From an uncultured bacterium (GTDB taxonomy: Bacteria > Planctomycetota > UBA8108 > UBA1146): a DNA stretch of 64,000 nucleotides. Under the pieces are notes generated by a model. That model made no database searches and was not told the origin of the DNA. It was given only the letters and a program-made list of their open reading frames with translations. Position 1 is the stretch's first letter. Every line of letters starts with the position of its first letter. Position numbers and translations under genes: made by a program. Location of the stretch: NCBI GenBank assembly GCA_913056395.1, contig CAJXMG010000004.1:24706-88705 (forward strand), written 5' to 3'. Below are positions 19,268-28,913 of the stretch, piece after piece.

Positions 19268-21703
19268 TCAATTTGTTAGATCTCTTGCCGGACGAAACCC
19301 TATAACTCTATGAAGAAAGTTGTGACTCCCGGATGGGCGATTTGAGATTCTGGAATTCGGTGCATCTGAAACGAAGCAACCCCCACGTATGGACCTTAAG
19401 GCAGTTTCTTGTGAAATCGCAGTGCCCAATGGAACTTCGATAAACTCATCCTGACACCACTCCCTGACATTGCCGATCATGTCGTGAAATCCGAAAGGGT
19501 TGGCTGTCCGGATTCCGACCTCTGTATGAAATGGAGGTCTGGCAGAACTCTGGGTACTCCCGGATGGGAAATCGATGTGGTAGTAGTCAGGAACAAGGTC
19601 TTCCAAATTGCCGCTGGGGAAGTCTGTTTCTGTTCCCCCTCGGGCAGCGATTTCCCATTGGATTTCTGTGGGCAATTTCAGATTCCAACGAGGTAGCCAC
19701 CTTTGGCAATCATCCCAGGAGATCTGCTCCACAGGGTGAAGCCCGCTCCATTCATATTGGATGCCATTCATGGGTTTTTCGAGTCGTTCGGGACCGTAGC
19801 CACTCGGATTTGAACCGGTGAGTCGCTCCCATTGGGATTGGGTCATTTCATACTTGGAAAGGAAGTAGGCACTTTCTTTGACCTGAAGAGGAGGGCCCTC
19901 CCAGTTTTCAGTGAATGGGTCAAAGCGGGGAAGTTCCCTGGATTGAGATTGGGAACCGATCAGAGAAGTGGATTGGGGAACCAAAACGAGAACAACTCCC
20001 GTTTCAGGGGTCAGGATCAGTTTTCCTTCCGAATTCCGCGAGGCAGGAACACCACTGGGAATATGCGCAAACTCCCAGAGTCCTGAATCAGGATCAACAC
20101 CGATGGGAAGCAGGTCCTCTTGGGGAATGATGGGCAGGCTTTCAGAATAATGTGGAGATGCAGAAATCTTCTCCAACGTAGCGTTCCACTTTCGCTGCCA
20201 GGACTCTTTCTGGCTCTGTCGATTCTCCAGATATTGAAGACGCCTGTGAACTCCCCAGCCGTGATCGGGGTGAATGCCCAATCCCACCAGACCCGTGTCC
20301 GGATCGGTGAATTTTTCGATTCGGTGAATCAACTCGTATAATTCCCTGTACCACCATGCATCTTTTGAATCATTGAAAACCGGAGGGGTGGATTCGGGAG
20401 AGGTCGAGAGTGAGCGAAGACGATCAAGGGCTTCTTTTTGTTGCTCCAGGGAGGGTGTCCGCCGCTCATCTCCAGAGCTGTCGGTACGAGTGCTTCCATT
20501 TACCAATCCCTCTGCCCGACGAATCCAATCCTGGTAATGCGGAATCTGATCCTCTTTGAGAGGCCATAGCTGATTCGCTTCCAGAATCAGTTGGTCAATA
20601 TCCTGATCCATGGACAGCGACAGCACCTCCGTCAATCTCTGACTGGCGATGGACTTTTGTTCATATGCAAACCAGCCCATGGTTGCGATGGTCAAGATGA
20701 AGATAGTGCCGATCACTGCCAATGTGGTGATAAAGGGATGTCGGCGACACCACTTCTGAAAGAGATAAAGCTGCGAAACCGGGCGGGCCTCGATGGCTTC
20801 TGATCCACCCAGATGACGTTCGATGTCATCAGAGAGTGACTTCACTGTGGAATATCTTCGATCCACATCGGATTCGAGGGCTTTCAGCGCAATCCAGTCC
20901 AGTTCATTTCGTATCGAACTGCGATCTTCTTCCGAATGGGAAATCCCTTTTTGATGGCTTGGACGGGAAGGAACGTCTTCCCGAAGAATCCGGAGGATTT
21001 CGGTCTCATGGTTTTCCCTGAGATTCCCGAACGGAAGTTGACCAGAGATCATGCGATAGAGAATCACACCCAGAGAGTAGACGTCACTGCGGATATCGGC
21101 ATCCGCTCCGTGGCTCCAGGCTTGTTCCGGGCTGATGTAATCCCATGTGCCCAGAACATAGCGATCACCGGTGACCAGAGTCTTGTCTGTCAATGGGTCT
21201 GAGAGCGCCTTGGCCAGACCGAAGTCGATGACTTTGACGTGAGGTTGACCATCCTTGTCTGTGACAATGATGTTTCCCGGCTTCAGGTCTCTGTGGAGGA
21301 TTCCCCTGGAGTGGGCATGTTGAACCGCGGAGCAGACCTGTTGGAAAACTTCCAATTTTGTCGAGAGGGACGGGGAAGTTTCTTCGACCCAGTCGAGCAG
21401 AGTCAATCCAGGAATGAATTCCATGACGAAATACGGGCTGCCATTGTCCATATGACCACTGCCGATGACGTTTGCAATATGATCATGATTCAGACGGGCA
21501 AGAGCATGCATTTCTGCATCAAAGCGCGCAAGAATCTCACGGGTCCCCATTCCGAGACGAATCACCTTGATCGCAACGGTTCGTCGAAGGCCAGAGATTT
21601 CGCGGCACCGGTAGACTTCTCCGAAACCCCCTTCACCGAGGAGAGCTTCTGTCTCATAACCTGCTATTTCCAGAGGTGGCGGATCCGGTCTGTCTGAAGT
21701 CAC
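19268..21703 (-). CDS. Ser/Thr protein kinase with TM segment and C-terminal FGE-sulfatase (SUMF1-like) domain
   Basis: Kinase motifs HRDLKPGNII, DFGLAK, SPEQ. One TM (FITTLAVIGTIFILTIATMGWF). C-terminal GFHDMIGNVREWCQD and RGGCF motifs. Confidence 0.9.
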   Translation of the reverse strand: MTSDRPDPPPLEIAGYETEALLGEGGFGEVYRCREISGLRRTVAIKVIRLGMGTREILARFDAEMHALARLNHDHIANVIGSGHMDNGSPYFVMEFIPGLTLLDWVEETSPSLSTKLEVFQQVCSAVQHAHSRGILHRDLKPGNIIVTDKDGQPHVKVIDFGLAKALSDPLTDKTLVTGDRYVLGTWDYISPEQAWSHGADADIRSDVYSLGVILYRMISGQLPFGNLRENHETEILRILREDVPSRPSHQKGISHSEEDRSSIRNELDWIALKALESDVDRRYSTVKSLSDDIERHLGGSEAIEARPVSQLYLFQKWCRRHPFITTLAVIGTIFILTIATMGWFAYEQKSIASQRLTEVLSLSMDQDIDQLILEANQLWPLKEDQIPHYQDWIRRAEGLVNGSTRTDSSGDERRTPSLEQQKEALDRLRSLSTSPESTPPVFNDSKDAWWYRELYELIHRIEKFTDPDTGLVGLGIHPDHGWGVHRRLQYLENRQSQKESWQRKWNATLEKISASPHYSESLPIIPQEDLLPIGVDPDSGLWEFAHIPSGVPASRNSEGKLILTPETGVVLVLVPQSTSLIGSQSQSRELPRFDPFTENWEGPPLQVKESAYFLSKYEMTQSQWERLTGSNPSGYGPERLEKPMNGIQYEWSGLHPVEQISWDDCQRWLPRWNLKLPTEIQWEIAARGGTETDFPSGNLEDLVPDYYHIDFPSGSTQSSARPPFHTEVGIRTANPFGFHDMIGNVREWCQDEFIEVPLGTAISQETALRSIRGGCFVSDAPNSRISNRPSGSHNFLHRVIGFRPARDLTN

Positions 21704-21783
21704 ACTCGGGTCTTTCGGATAGAGTGAGAATGGCCGCTCTCGTCGATCCTTCGACAGTGATTAGATTCAGATTCTATCCGAGG

Positions 21784-22587
21784 TTAAACAGGATTGCGTG
21801 CCCGATTCCGACAGATTTCGACGGCACTGCATTGGGCTCCCGGAATCGCCTTCGGTTTTTCTGCCCGAATCCGGGCACCGGTTACTCGAGCATCCTCGAA
21901 GCACAATTCCGCAACTTCCTCGACAAGCGTTTCGAGTAGTTGGTATTTTCTCTCAGTGATCAGGGCCTGCGCAGTTTGGGCCAGTTGAAAATAATCGACC
22001 GTATGCTTGACGTCTTCAGTGGCGCGGGCCTGCTTGAAGCTGGTTTCCAACTCGATGGTTAATCTCAGTGGCTGGGGGGTCACTCGTTCCTCGGGCAAAA
22101 TCCCGATAATGCAGTCGAACTCGAGCCTGTCGACGATGACCCTTCCCATATTTACCCCGGTGCCATTCAACAGATTGCTGGTGTTGGGGTGATCCAGCAT
22201 ATCTCTGGTGGGAGAGTTCAGATCGATTTTCAGTGCTTCATCCAGCGTCACCCAGCAGTGATCGACAGATTCATGGTTTCGGGTGACTTCAGTAGAATCG
22301 GTCATCGCGAGGTAACCATGGGAGATGAAATGGGCCGGTTCGTGGAAGTCAGAGGGATTACTGATTTCCTGGACAAGGATCTCGCTGATCCGATTCAGTT
22401 TCAGGCCCGTTTCCTCCATGACTTCCCGATGAATTGCCTCGCTGAGGCTTTCACCATATTCAACCTTCCCTGCGGGTAGGGCCCATTTCCCCTGCCACTT
22501 GGGCGACTTGAGAAACAGCAGTTTTTGATCCCTGTTTTGAATCAGAGCTGCGACGGTAACCAGTGGTCTGCTTTTCTCACTGCTCAA
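21784..22587 (-). CDS. Nudix hydrolase - dihydroneopterin aldolase (FolB) fusion
   Basis: Nudix box GKVEYGESLSEAIHREVMEETGL, followed in the same frame by a FolB-like half (IVDRLEFDCIIGILPEERVTPQPLRLTIELE). Start proposed at a TTG that overlaps the upstream TGA (TTGA). The ATG at 22773 would overlap the upstream gene by 190 nt. Confidence 0.7.
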   Translation of the reverse strand: MSSEKSRPLVTVAALIQNRDQKLLFLKSPKWQGKWALPAGKVEYGESLSEAIHREVMEETGLKLNRISEILVQEISNPSDFHEPAHFISHGYLAMTDSTEVTRNHESVDHCWVTLDEALKIDLNSPTRDMLDHPNTSNLLNGTGVNMGRVIVDRLEFDCIIGILPEERVTPQPLRLTIELETSFKQARATEDVKHTVDYFQLAQTAQALITERKYQLLETLVEEVAELCFEDARVTGARIRAEKPKAIPGAQCSAVEICRNRARNPV

Positions 22588-23525
22588 CTGTTTGCCCGCT
22601 TTCGTGATTTGAGAAGTTCGGTGATTTTCAGGCCAATTATTTCGGTCGTGTTGAGGACTGAAACCGGATCGGGGATGTGCTCCATGGGTTCTTGGAAGAA
22701 GTGAGCGTGGCCTTCCCGAACCATCCTTTGAAGTGTCCTGATGTGGTAGATCTCCATCGCTTCCTTGTCGCAAGTGACGAGGAGTGGTTTGCCCTGCATC
22801 GCTGCTTCACTGCACATCGACAGGCTGTCTCCGGTACAAAAAATGACTTCTGCTTCCTCGAGCAGTTTTTTGTAGCGGTGCGAATCTCCCTGTTCCCAAT
22901 CGATGAAAGTTTCCTCCACCGGTGACAGTACCTTTCGCAGGACATGAAGAGAACCTTCAGGAGTTCGCCTGCTATTGCTGATGACGAATTTGCCATTCCA
23001 GAGTTGCGCCTGCTTGAGGAGCCTGTTCGCCAAACGTTGTGCATAATCTTCTGTAAAGCCCTCGCAGTATCGTGTGTTTCCGCCGAGAAGGAGAGCCATT
23101 CGGGGAGAGGAAGAGACCGGTTGAGGGGGTGTGGGATTCGGCTGAAGGCGACTGGGTACACCCAAAATTTGCAAAACATGATCCCCCGAAAGTTCCGGAT
23201 GGGGGGGAGCAACAACGAGATCGTATCGCTGAATATTGGGGTCGAGTTCGTCCGGGAGGATGGAGGCGACAAAGACGGTCAACGGATTGCCAATTTTGCT
23301 GGCAAGGTCAAGTGCCAGTCGGGTGGTATCCTCCCCTGTTCCTGCGATCAGAAGGTCGTACCCCAGCAGCTCGGGATGGGTACTGCCGTTCACTACTTCT
23401 TCTGCAGTGGCAAGGGAGACCTGAGAGATCTCTCCTTCAAGCCACTCGGCAACACCCATTCGGCTGTTGATTTCGCCAGTGTAATCGCTGCCCAAAACCA
23501 GGGTTCTGGTAGGAGGAGTACTCAT
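22584..23525 (-). CDS. ELM1/DUF1022-family protein
   Basis: Motifs LLLGGNT, ISNSRRTP and TGDSLSMCSEAAMQGKPLLV resemble the ELM1 family signature. Confidence 0.6.
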   Translation of the reverse strand: MSTPPTRTLVLGSDYTGEINSRMGVAEWLEGEISQVSLATAEEVVNGSTHPELLGYDLLIAGTGEDTTRLALDLASKIGNPLTVFVASILPDELDPNIQRYDLVVAPPHPELSGDHVLQILGVPSRLQPNPTPPQPVSSSPRMALLLGGNTRYCEGFTEDYAQRLANRLLKQAQLWNGKFVISNSRRTPEGSLHVLRKVLSPVEETFIDWEQGDSHRYKKLLEEAEVIFCTGDSLSMCSEAAMQGKPLLVTCDKEAMEIYHIRTLQRMVREGHAHFFQEPMEHIPDPVSVLNTTEIIGLKITELLKSRKRANS

Positions 23526-24508
23526 TACTCGGACCTGCGCAGATCTTGCTCAATCGTTTTTGCAACCCTGGCACCTCCTGCGAGGGATGAAACAACAGCG
23601 GAAACTTCATGCCGATTCAAATCGCCACAGCAGTAGATTCCCTGAGAGCACCATCTCCCATCAGAATCGAGTTGGGGGAAGCCCTGCTGGTCCATGGTGA
23701 GTTCCAATTTCTCCAGAATCTCGGACATGCCTTCGAAACTGGGAGTGAATCCCAATCGCAGGTAGACCTTGTCAACTTCGAGAGTGAAAGATTCTGCAGA
23801 GTCCGACATTTCGACCTCCACAGAAGTTTCTTTTTCGCGAAATGAAGTAGGCGCGCCCAGTATCACCTGAAGTTTCCCAGATTCGATGTGGGATTTGATC
23901 TGTGCCTGGATTGATGACTGTGCCTTGGGGAGTGAACGGCATGCGAGTGTAACATTCGCACCTGAATTCACGAGGTCGTTGGCTGTAAAAAAAGCATTGT
24001 CGGCTCCACCGACGACGAGTGATCGTTCGCCAACATGGCTGCTTCTTCCGGTGAGGTGGCCGAGGGGATCAAGTTCGATGAGATCAGATAGGGCCTTTTG
24101 ATCCGTACAATCAAGGGCGCGAGGTCGGACGCCGGTCGCGAAGACGACTGCTGAGCAGTTGATCTCCGATTTTTCGTCGCTTGAAGTATAAGAGAGTTTG
24201 AAGTGATGTGGTTCATCGCAACGAATAGAAAGAATGTTGACCTCTGTCAGGACTTGCAGGTCTGAAACTGTGCATTGTTCCTGAAGTTTTTTTGCAAGGT
24301 CGATGCTGGTGATTTCTGGCATTCCCGCAATCCAGCGATTGGGACGGTCTATCTGACCCGGGGTTCCACCTGTTTCAGATCCTGATTCGAGAATGATCGG
24401 GTGGTGCCCCAGATTTTTCAGCCACAAGGCACATGAGATGCCTGCAGGGCCGCCACCAAGGATGACAACGGTCTCGGGAGTGTGATCCAACAGGGGGACT
24501 GTCTGCAT
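23525..24508 (-). CDS. FAD/NAD(P)-binding oxidoreductase (thioredoxin-reductase-like fold)
   Basis: Start set at MQTVPLL to avoid overlap with xylA. Motifs VVILGGGPAGISCALWL and a second Rossmann motif LVVGGADNA; IYCCGDL. Confidence 0.75.
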   Translation of the reverse strand: MQTVPLLDHTPETVVILGGGPAGISCALWLKNLGHHPIILESGSETGGTPGQIDRPNRWIAGMPEITSIDLAKKLQEQCTVSDLQVLTEVNILSIRCDEPHHFKLSYTSSDEKSEINCSAVVFATGVRPRALDCTDQKALSDLIELDPLGHLTGRSSHVGERSLVVGGADNAFFTANDLVNSGANVTLACRSLPKAQSSIQAQIKSHIESGKLQVILGAPTSFREKETSVEVEMSDSAESFTLEVDKVYLRLGFTPSFEGMSEILEKLELTMDQQGFPQLDSDGRWCSQGIYCCGDLNRHEVSAVVSSLAGGARVAKTIEQDLRRSE

Positions 24509-24521
24509 GGTTCCTTTTGTT

Positions 24522-25697
24522 TCAGCGTGCGCCGAAAAGGTGCTCCATGAGGATCTGGTCGAGTCGCTCCCAGCGAAGCCCTCTGGCACCGATCGCATCG
24601 GCATCGATTTCCAGTGATTTGATTCTCTGGGCATTATCCGCACTGTAGGAGGAAAGTAATCCATCGATGGCTGGATTCTTCATATCGGCGATCAGTTCGC
24701 GAACTTCTGGATCAGCATCAAAAGCCTGGGCTTTCTCCTTGAGGATCTTGTAGGTGCGCATACATCCACGGGCGAAGTCCCAGACACCTTCCACGTCCTC
24801 TGTTCGGTAGGCGTGGGCATCGAAGTGGCGGCTTCCCTCCCACCGTGGAGTTCCCGAGGTTCCTTCGAGCAAGCGTACGAGGAGAAATGCCTGCTTGGGG
24901 TCCTCCGCACCAAATCGGAAATCCTGATCGTAGCGACCAATCTTCTGGCTATTCAGGTCGATATGAAACAGCTTGCCCGCTTCCATTGCCTGGCCAACTC
25001 CATGAACAAATGAGAGCCCAGCCATGGTTTCATGGGCGACCTCAGGATTGACGCCCACCATTTCCGAGTCTTCCAGGGTCTCGATGAAGTGAAGCATATG
25101 CCCCGTGGTCGGGAAGTAAATGTCACCTCTCGGCTCATTGGGTTTTGCCTCCAGGGCAAACTTGAGGGCGTAGCCCTGATCACGCACATATTCACAGAGG
25201 AAATTCATCGCTTCGCGAATCCGCTGAATGGCACTGCGGGGATCGCGACATGCTTCTACCTCAGTTCCTTCACGACCACCCCAGAAGACATAAGTCTCAG
25301 CACCCAATTCGACCCCGAGATCGATTCCCTGCATCGTTTTTTGCAGGGCAAACGCCCGTACTTCAGGGTCGTTGGCAGTAAAAGCACCGTCTTTGAAGAT
25401 GGGATGGGAGAACAGGTTGGTGGTTGCCATGGGGACCTTGATGCCACTCTCTTCACAGGCGCTTCGGAACCCGGAAACAATCCGGTCCCGTTCGGCGAGG
25501 CTTGCACCGAAGGGGACAAGATCATTATCGTGAAGATTCACCCCGTAGGCTCCCAGCTCGCCCAATTTGCGAACGATGTCACAGGGATCCAGAGAAGGAC
25601 GGACTGCAGCTCCAAAGGGATCTCTCCCCGGATTTCCCACGGTCCAGAGTCCGAAGGTGAAACGATCCTCAGGCGCGGGGGCAAAACGATCAGACAT
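24522..25697 (-). CDS. xylA: xylose isomerase, class I (short type)
   Basis: Motifs [23 protein letters not shown]-like [26 protein letters not shown]-like [11 protein letters not shown]. Confidence 0.9.
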   Translation of the reverse strand: MSDRFAPAPEDRFTFGLWTVGNPGRDPFGAAVRPSLDPCDIVRKLGELGAYGVNLHDNDLVPFGASLAERDRIVSGFRSACEESGIKVPMATTNLFSHPIFKDGAFTANDPEVRAFALQKTMQGIDLGVELGAETYVFWGGREGTEVEACRDPRSAIQRIREAMNFLCEYVRDQGYALKFALEAKPNEPRGDIYFPTTGHMLHFIETLEDSEMVGVNPEVAHETMAGLSFVHGVGQAMEAGKLFHIDLNSQKIGRYDQDFRFGAEDPKQAFLLVRLLEGTSGTPRWEGSRHFDAHAYRTEDVEGVWDFARGCMRTYKILKEKAQAFDADPEVRELIADMKNPAIDGLLSSYSADNAQRIKSLEIDADAIGARGLRWERLDQILMEHLFGAR

Positions 25698-26845
25698 CAG
25701 CAATCCTCTGCAGGGAGCGAAACCCAACTTTGATTTTTGTTCGATTCCAGAGCCGCACCGATGAATCGGACTCCCCGAACTCCATCGACGATTCCGGGGA
25801 AGGGGAGTTCCATGGAATTGTTTTCACCACGAACAGCTGAGGCGAAGTTTTTGTAGATGTTGGCGAATGCTTCCAGATATCCCTCTGGATGCCCTGCCGG
25901 AGTTCGACTCAGGGCATTTGCGGATTCGCCAACAGCACCGGTTGAGGTCCGGAGATTGCGGGCTACACCATCTTCTCCGGTGATCTTGAGATCGTTGGGA
26001 TGCTCCTGGTCCCATTCCAGTGCACCACGGGTACCGAATACCCTGATTTTCAATCCGTTCTCCCGGCCGAAGCAAACCTGGCTGGAACAGAGTGTGCCCG
26101 TGGCTCCACTGGCCATGCGAATGAGTATCATGTCATCGTCGTCGAGGGCTCTACCGTCGACAAAGGTGTTGAGCACTGCGAGGAGGGAGTCGACCCGATC
26201 GCCTGTGATAAATTCCAGTAGTTGGTGAGCATGGGTTCCAATGTCTCCCAATGCGCCAACCGGGCCAGACCTCGCCGGGTCCGTACGCCAGTCCGCCTGC
26301 TTCTGGCCACTCTCTTCCAGTTTTTCGGAGAGCCAACCCTGAAGGTATTCGACATAGACTTTTCGAATCGTTCCCAGCTCTCCCGAGAGAATGCGCTCTC
26401 GAGCTTCGCGGACCATCGGTGAGGCGGAATAGTTGTGGGTCAGGGCGAAAATCTTTCCCGATTCCGCCACCGCCGCTTTCATCTCCAGTGCTTCTTCAAG
26501 GGAGATGCAGAGGGGCTTGTCACAGATCACATGGAATCCGGCTCGCAGTGCGGTGCATGCGGGACCGTGGTGAACATGATTTGGAGTGACGATGCTGACC
26601 GCCTCGATCCGTTCGGATTCAGGGAGAGCAGCCTCGGACTCAATCATTTCTTCCCAGGAGGCGTAACAACGGGAAGGCTCAAGTCCCAGTTCCTCACCAG
26701 TGAGGCGAGTGTTTTCCGGGTCTCTGCCAAAGCAACCTGCAACCAGCTCAAACTGGTCATCCATACGCAGGGCGATGCGATGAACCGCACCTATGAAGGC
26801 ACCCTGACCTCCACCGACCATTCCAATTCGGACTCGCTGGGACAT
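25697..26845 (-). CDS. Gfo/Idh/MocA family oxidoreductase
   Basis: N-terminal Rossmann motif [14 protein letters not shown] and EKPL-like CDKPL motif. 1-nt overlap with the xylA start. Confidence 0.9.
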   Translation of the reverse strand: MSQRVRIGMVGGGQGAFIGAVHRIALRMDDQFELVAGCFGRDPENTRLTGEELGLEPSRCYASWEEMIESEAALPESERIEAVSIVTPNHVHHGPACTALRAGFHVICDKPLCISLEEALEMKAAVAESGKIFALTHNYSASPMVREARERILSGELGTIRKVYVEYLQGWLSEKLEESGQKQADWRTDPARSGPVGALGDIGTHAHQLLEFITGDRVDSLLAVLNTFVDGRALDDDDMILIRMASGATGTLCSSQVCFGRENGLKIRVFGTRGALEWDQEHPNDLKITGEDGVARNLRTSTGAVGESANALSRTPAGHPEGYLEAFANIYKNFASAVRGENNSMELPFPGIVDGVRGVRFIGAALESNKNQSWVSLPAEDC

Positions 26846-26853
26846 GGTGCCTC

Positions 26854-27909
26854 CTAGTTATCCAGACCAAGAATCTTCCGATTCATTGCCGGGTCACTGC
26901 CTCCGGCAAAATCATCGAAGGAGGATTCGGTTACCTGAAGAATGTGCTCAGCGACAAAGGTTGCTGCTTTTGCAGCACCCGCAGATTTGTCTTCGTAGGG
27001 GCATTCCCATTCGACCACAGCCCAGCCGTCGAAGCCGTGTCTGGTCAAGGCCGTGAAGATCCCCTGGAAATCGATGGCCCCATCACCGGGGGTCCGGAAA
27101 CGACCCGGACGATCCTTCCAGTCCAGGTATCCACCGTAGACTCCACTCCTGCCCGATCGAACCAGTTCGGCGTCCTTGACGTGGAAGGATTTGATGCGCT
27201 CGTGATAGATGTCGATGAAGTCGATGTAATCGAGAGCCATCAATTCAAAGTGGCTGGGGTCGTAATTGATGCACGCCCGTGGGTGGTCCTTGACTTCTTC
27301 AAGGAACATTTCGAAGGAAGCCCCATCGTGCAGATCTTCACCGGGATGAATCTCAAAGGAGCAGTCGACTCCACACTCTTCAGCGTGATCCAAAATGGGT
27401 AACCATCTTTTGCCCAGTTCACTGAATGCTTCTTCTATCAGCCCGGCTGGTCTTTGTGGCCATGGATAAACGTATGGCCATGCGAGTGCTCCACTGAAGG
27501 TCACCATCGAAGTAAGCCCCAGGTTCTTACTGGCGGTCAGGCAATTCTTGACCTGTTGGATGGCCCACTCGGTTCTTTCCCCGGGTTCTCCCCTGACCGA
27601 TTCATCGGCGAATCCATCGAACATGGCGTCGTATGCAGGGTGGACCGCAACCAACTGCCCTTGCAGGTGGGTTGAAAGTTCAGTGATGGCCAATCCTCTC
27701 GATTCGACTCCGCCACGCCAATCGTCGCAGTATTGCTGCGATTCAGCCGCGAGCCCGAGGTCTATGCAGCGTGGATCCCAGGTGGGGATTTGGACCCCGA
27801 GGTAATCCAGATCGCGGCACCAATCGAGAATGGTGTCGAATTGATTAAAGGGTGCGTCATCGGCCATGTATTGGGCGAGAAATAGGGCTGGGCCCTGAAT
27901 GGATGCCAT
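26854..27909 (-). CDS. sugar phosphate isomerase/epimerase (xylose-isomerase-like TIM barrel)
   Basis: 351 aa with a typical AP-endonuclease-2/TIM-barrel pattern (FEIHPGEDL, NYDPSH). First gene of the tight minus-strand array. Confidence 0.8.
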   Translation of the reverse strand: MASIQGPALFLAQYMADDAPFNQFDTILDWCRDLDYLGVQIPTWDPRCIDLGLAAESQQYCDDWRGGVESRGLAITELSTHLQGQLVAVHPAYDAMFDGFADESVRGEPGERTEWAIQQVKNCLTASKNLGLTSMVTFSGALAWPYVYPWPQRPAGLIEEAFSELGKRWLPILDHAEECGVDCSFEIHPGEDLHDGASFEMFLEEVKDHPRACINYDPSHFELMALDYIDFIDIYHERIKSFHVKDAELVRSGRSGVYGGYLDWKDRPGRFRTPGDGAIDFQGIFTALTRHGFDGWAVVEWECPYEDKSAGAAKAATFVAEHILQVTESSFDDFAGGSDPAMNRKILGLDN

Positions 27910-28298
27910 CGGTTACCTCCTGCAAATGCCAAACTCCCTGCCTCTGGTTCCCAAACCTGAGATCCGGATAGAGAGCGGCTGAATTATGGCGGGGGATGTC
28001 CCCGCATAAGCATTCAAATTCAGGCACGAAGTGGGAGGCGTCAAGGGTGATCAGGAGGGCCGAAAACAGGGTCTGGGGGCCGAAATGAGGCCTGAAAAGC
28101 GTGTCAATTAGGCCATTTTACAAAAAAACCGGAAAATAGGTCCGATATCGAACAGTACGGGGATTTTTCTATGGGAAGGCGGCGTTTGCCCTCCCGGTTG
28201 GGGAGTGTGTGCCCAAATACCGAGTTGGTACACCTTCCCCATTCACATTAAGGTCGATAGGGTTGAAATCCCATATTTCATGGAACAGGAATCCCGAT

Positions 28299-28913
28299 AT
28301 GAGCACAAACAGGACCGCCTTGTTGTTGATCGGTTTTCAAAATGACTACTTTCACAAGGAAGGTATTTTGACGGGTGCGTTGGAGGATGTCAGCGGCCGG
28401 GACCGAATGCTTGAAAACACCCTCAACCTGATTGAGGAGGTCAAGGACAGAGATGATTTTCTGGTGATCTCCACACCTATCCAATTCACTGAAAACTACT
28501 CCGAATTGAATGAGCCCACGGGAATTCTCAAGTTGATCAAGGATACCGGGGCATTCCTGAAAGACAGTTCTGGATCACAAACGATTGAAGAGTTTTCTCG
28601 ATTCTCCGATTCAATTCTCGAGATCAAGGGCAAGCGTGGTCTGAATGCGTTTTCCAATACAAATCTGGAAGATTTTCTCAAGGAAAATAATGTCGACCGG
28701 ATTGCATTGGCTGGTGTGGTGACCTCTGTCTGCATCGATTCGACGGGCAGGTCCGCTCACGAAAAAGGGTTTGAAGTGACAGTTCTTTCCGATTGCACCG
28801 CAGGAAGAACTGAATTTGAGCAGCAGTTTTATTGCGATCAGATTTTCCCGCTCTACGCAGCGGTCGAAACCAAGGAAAAACTGATTCAAACGAAACCTGA
28901 GGTTTCTGCGTGA
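28299..28913 (+). CDS. isochorismatase-family cysteine hydrolase
   Basis: ATG at 28299. Motifs ALLLIGFQNDYF and LAGVVTSVCIDSTGR (catalytic Cys context). Confidence 0.8.
   Translation: MSTNRTALLLIGFQNDYFHKEGILTGALEDVSGRDRMLENTLNLIEEVKDRDDFLVISTPIQFTENYSELNEPTGILKLIKDTGAFLKDSSGSQTIEEFSRFSDSILEIKGKRGLNAFSNTNLEDFLKENNVDRIALAGVVTSVCIDSTGRSAHEKGFEVTVLSDCTAGRTEFEQQFYCDQIFPLYAAVETKEKLIQTKPEVSA

Noticed and set aside
22588-22773. Use of the ATG at 22773 as start of the Nudix-FolB gene
   Set aside because: It would overlap the ELM1-family gene by 190 nt and add a Ser/Arg/Pro-rich leader. A TTG within a TTGA stop-start overlap gives a sensible Nudix N-terminus.
27910-28298. Possible small RNA or riboswitch in the 390-nt intergenic region (short hairpin gcgggga-tgt-ccccgc, repeated gggccgaaa strings)
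   Set aside because: The structures are short and unremarkable, and I recognise no conserved riboswitch core. It is most simply a divergent promoter region.
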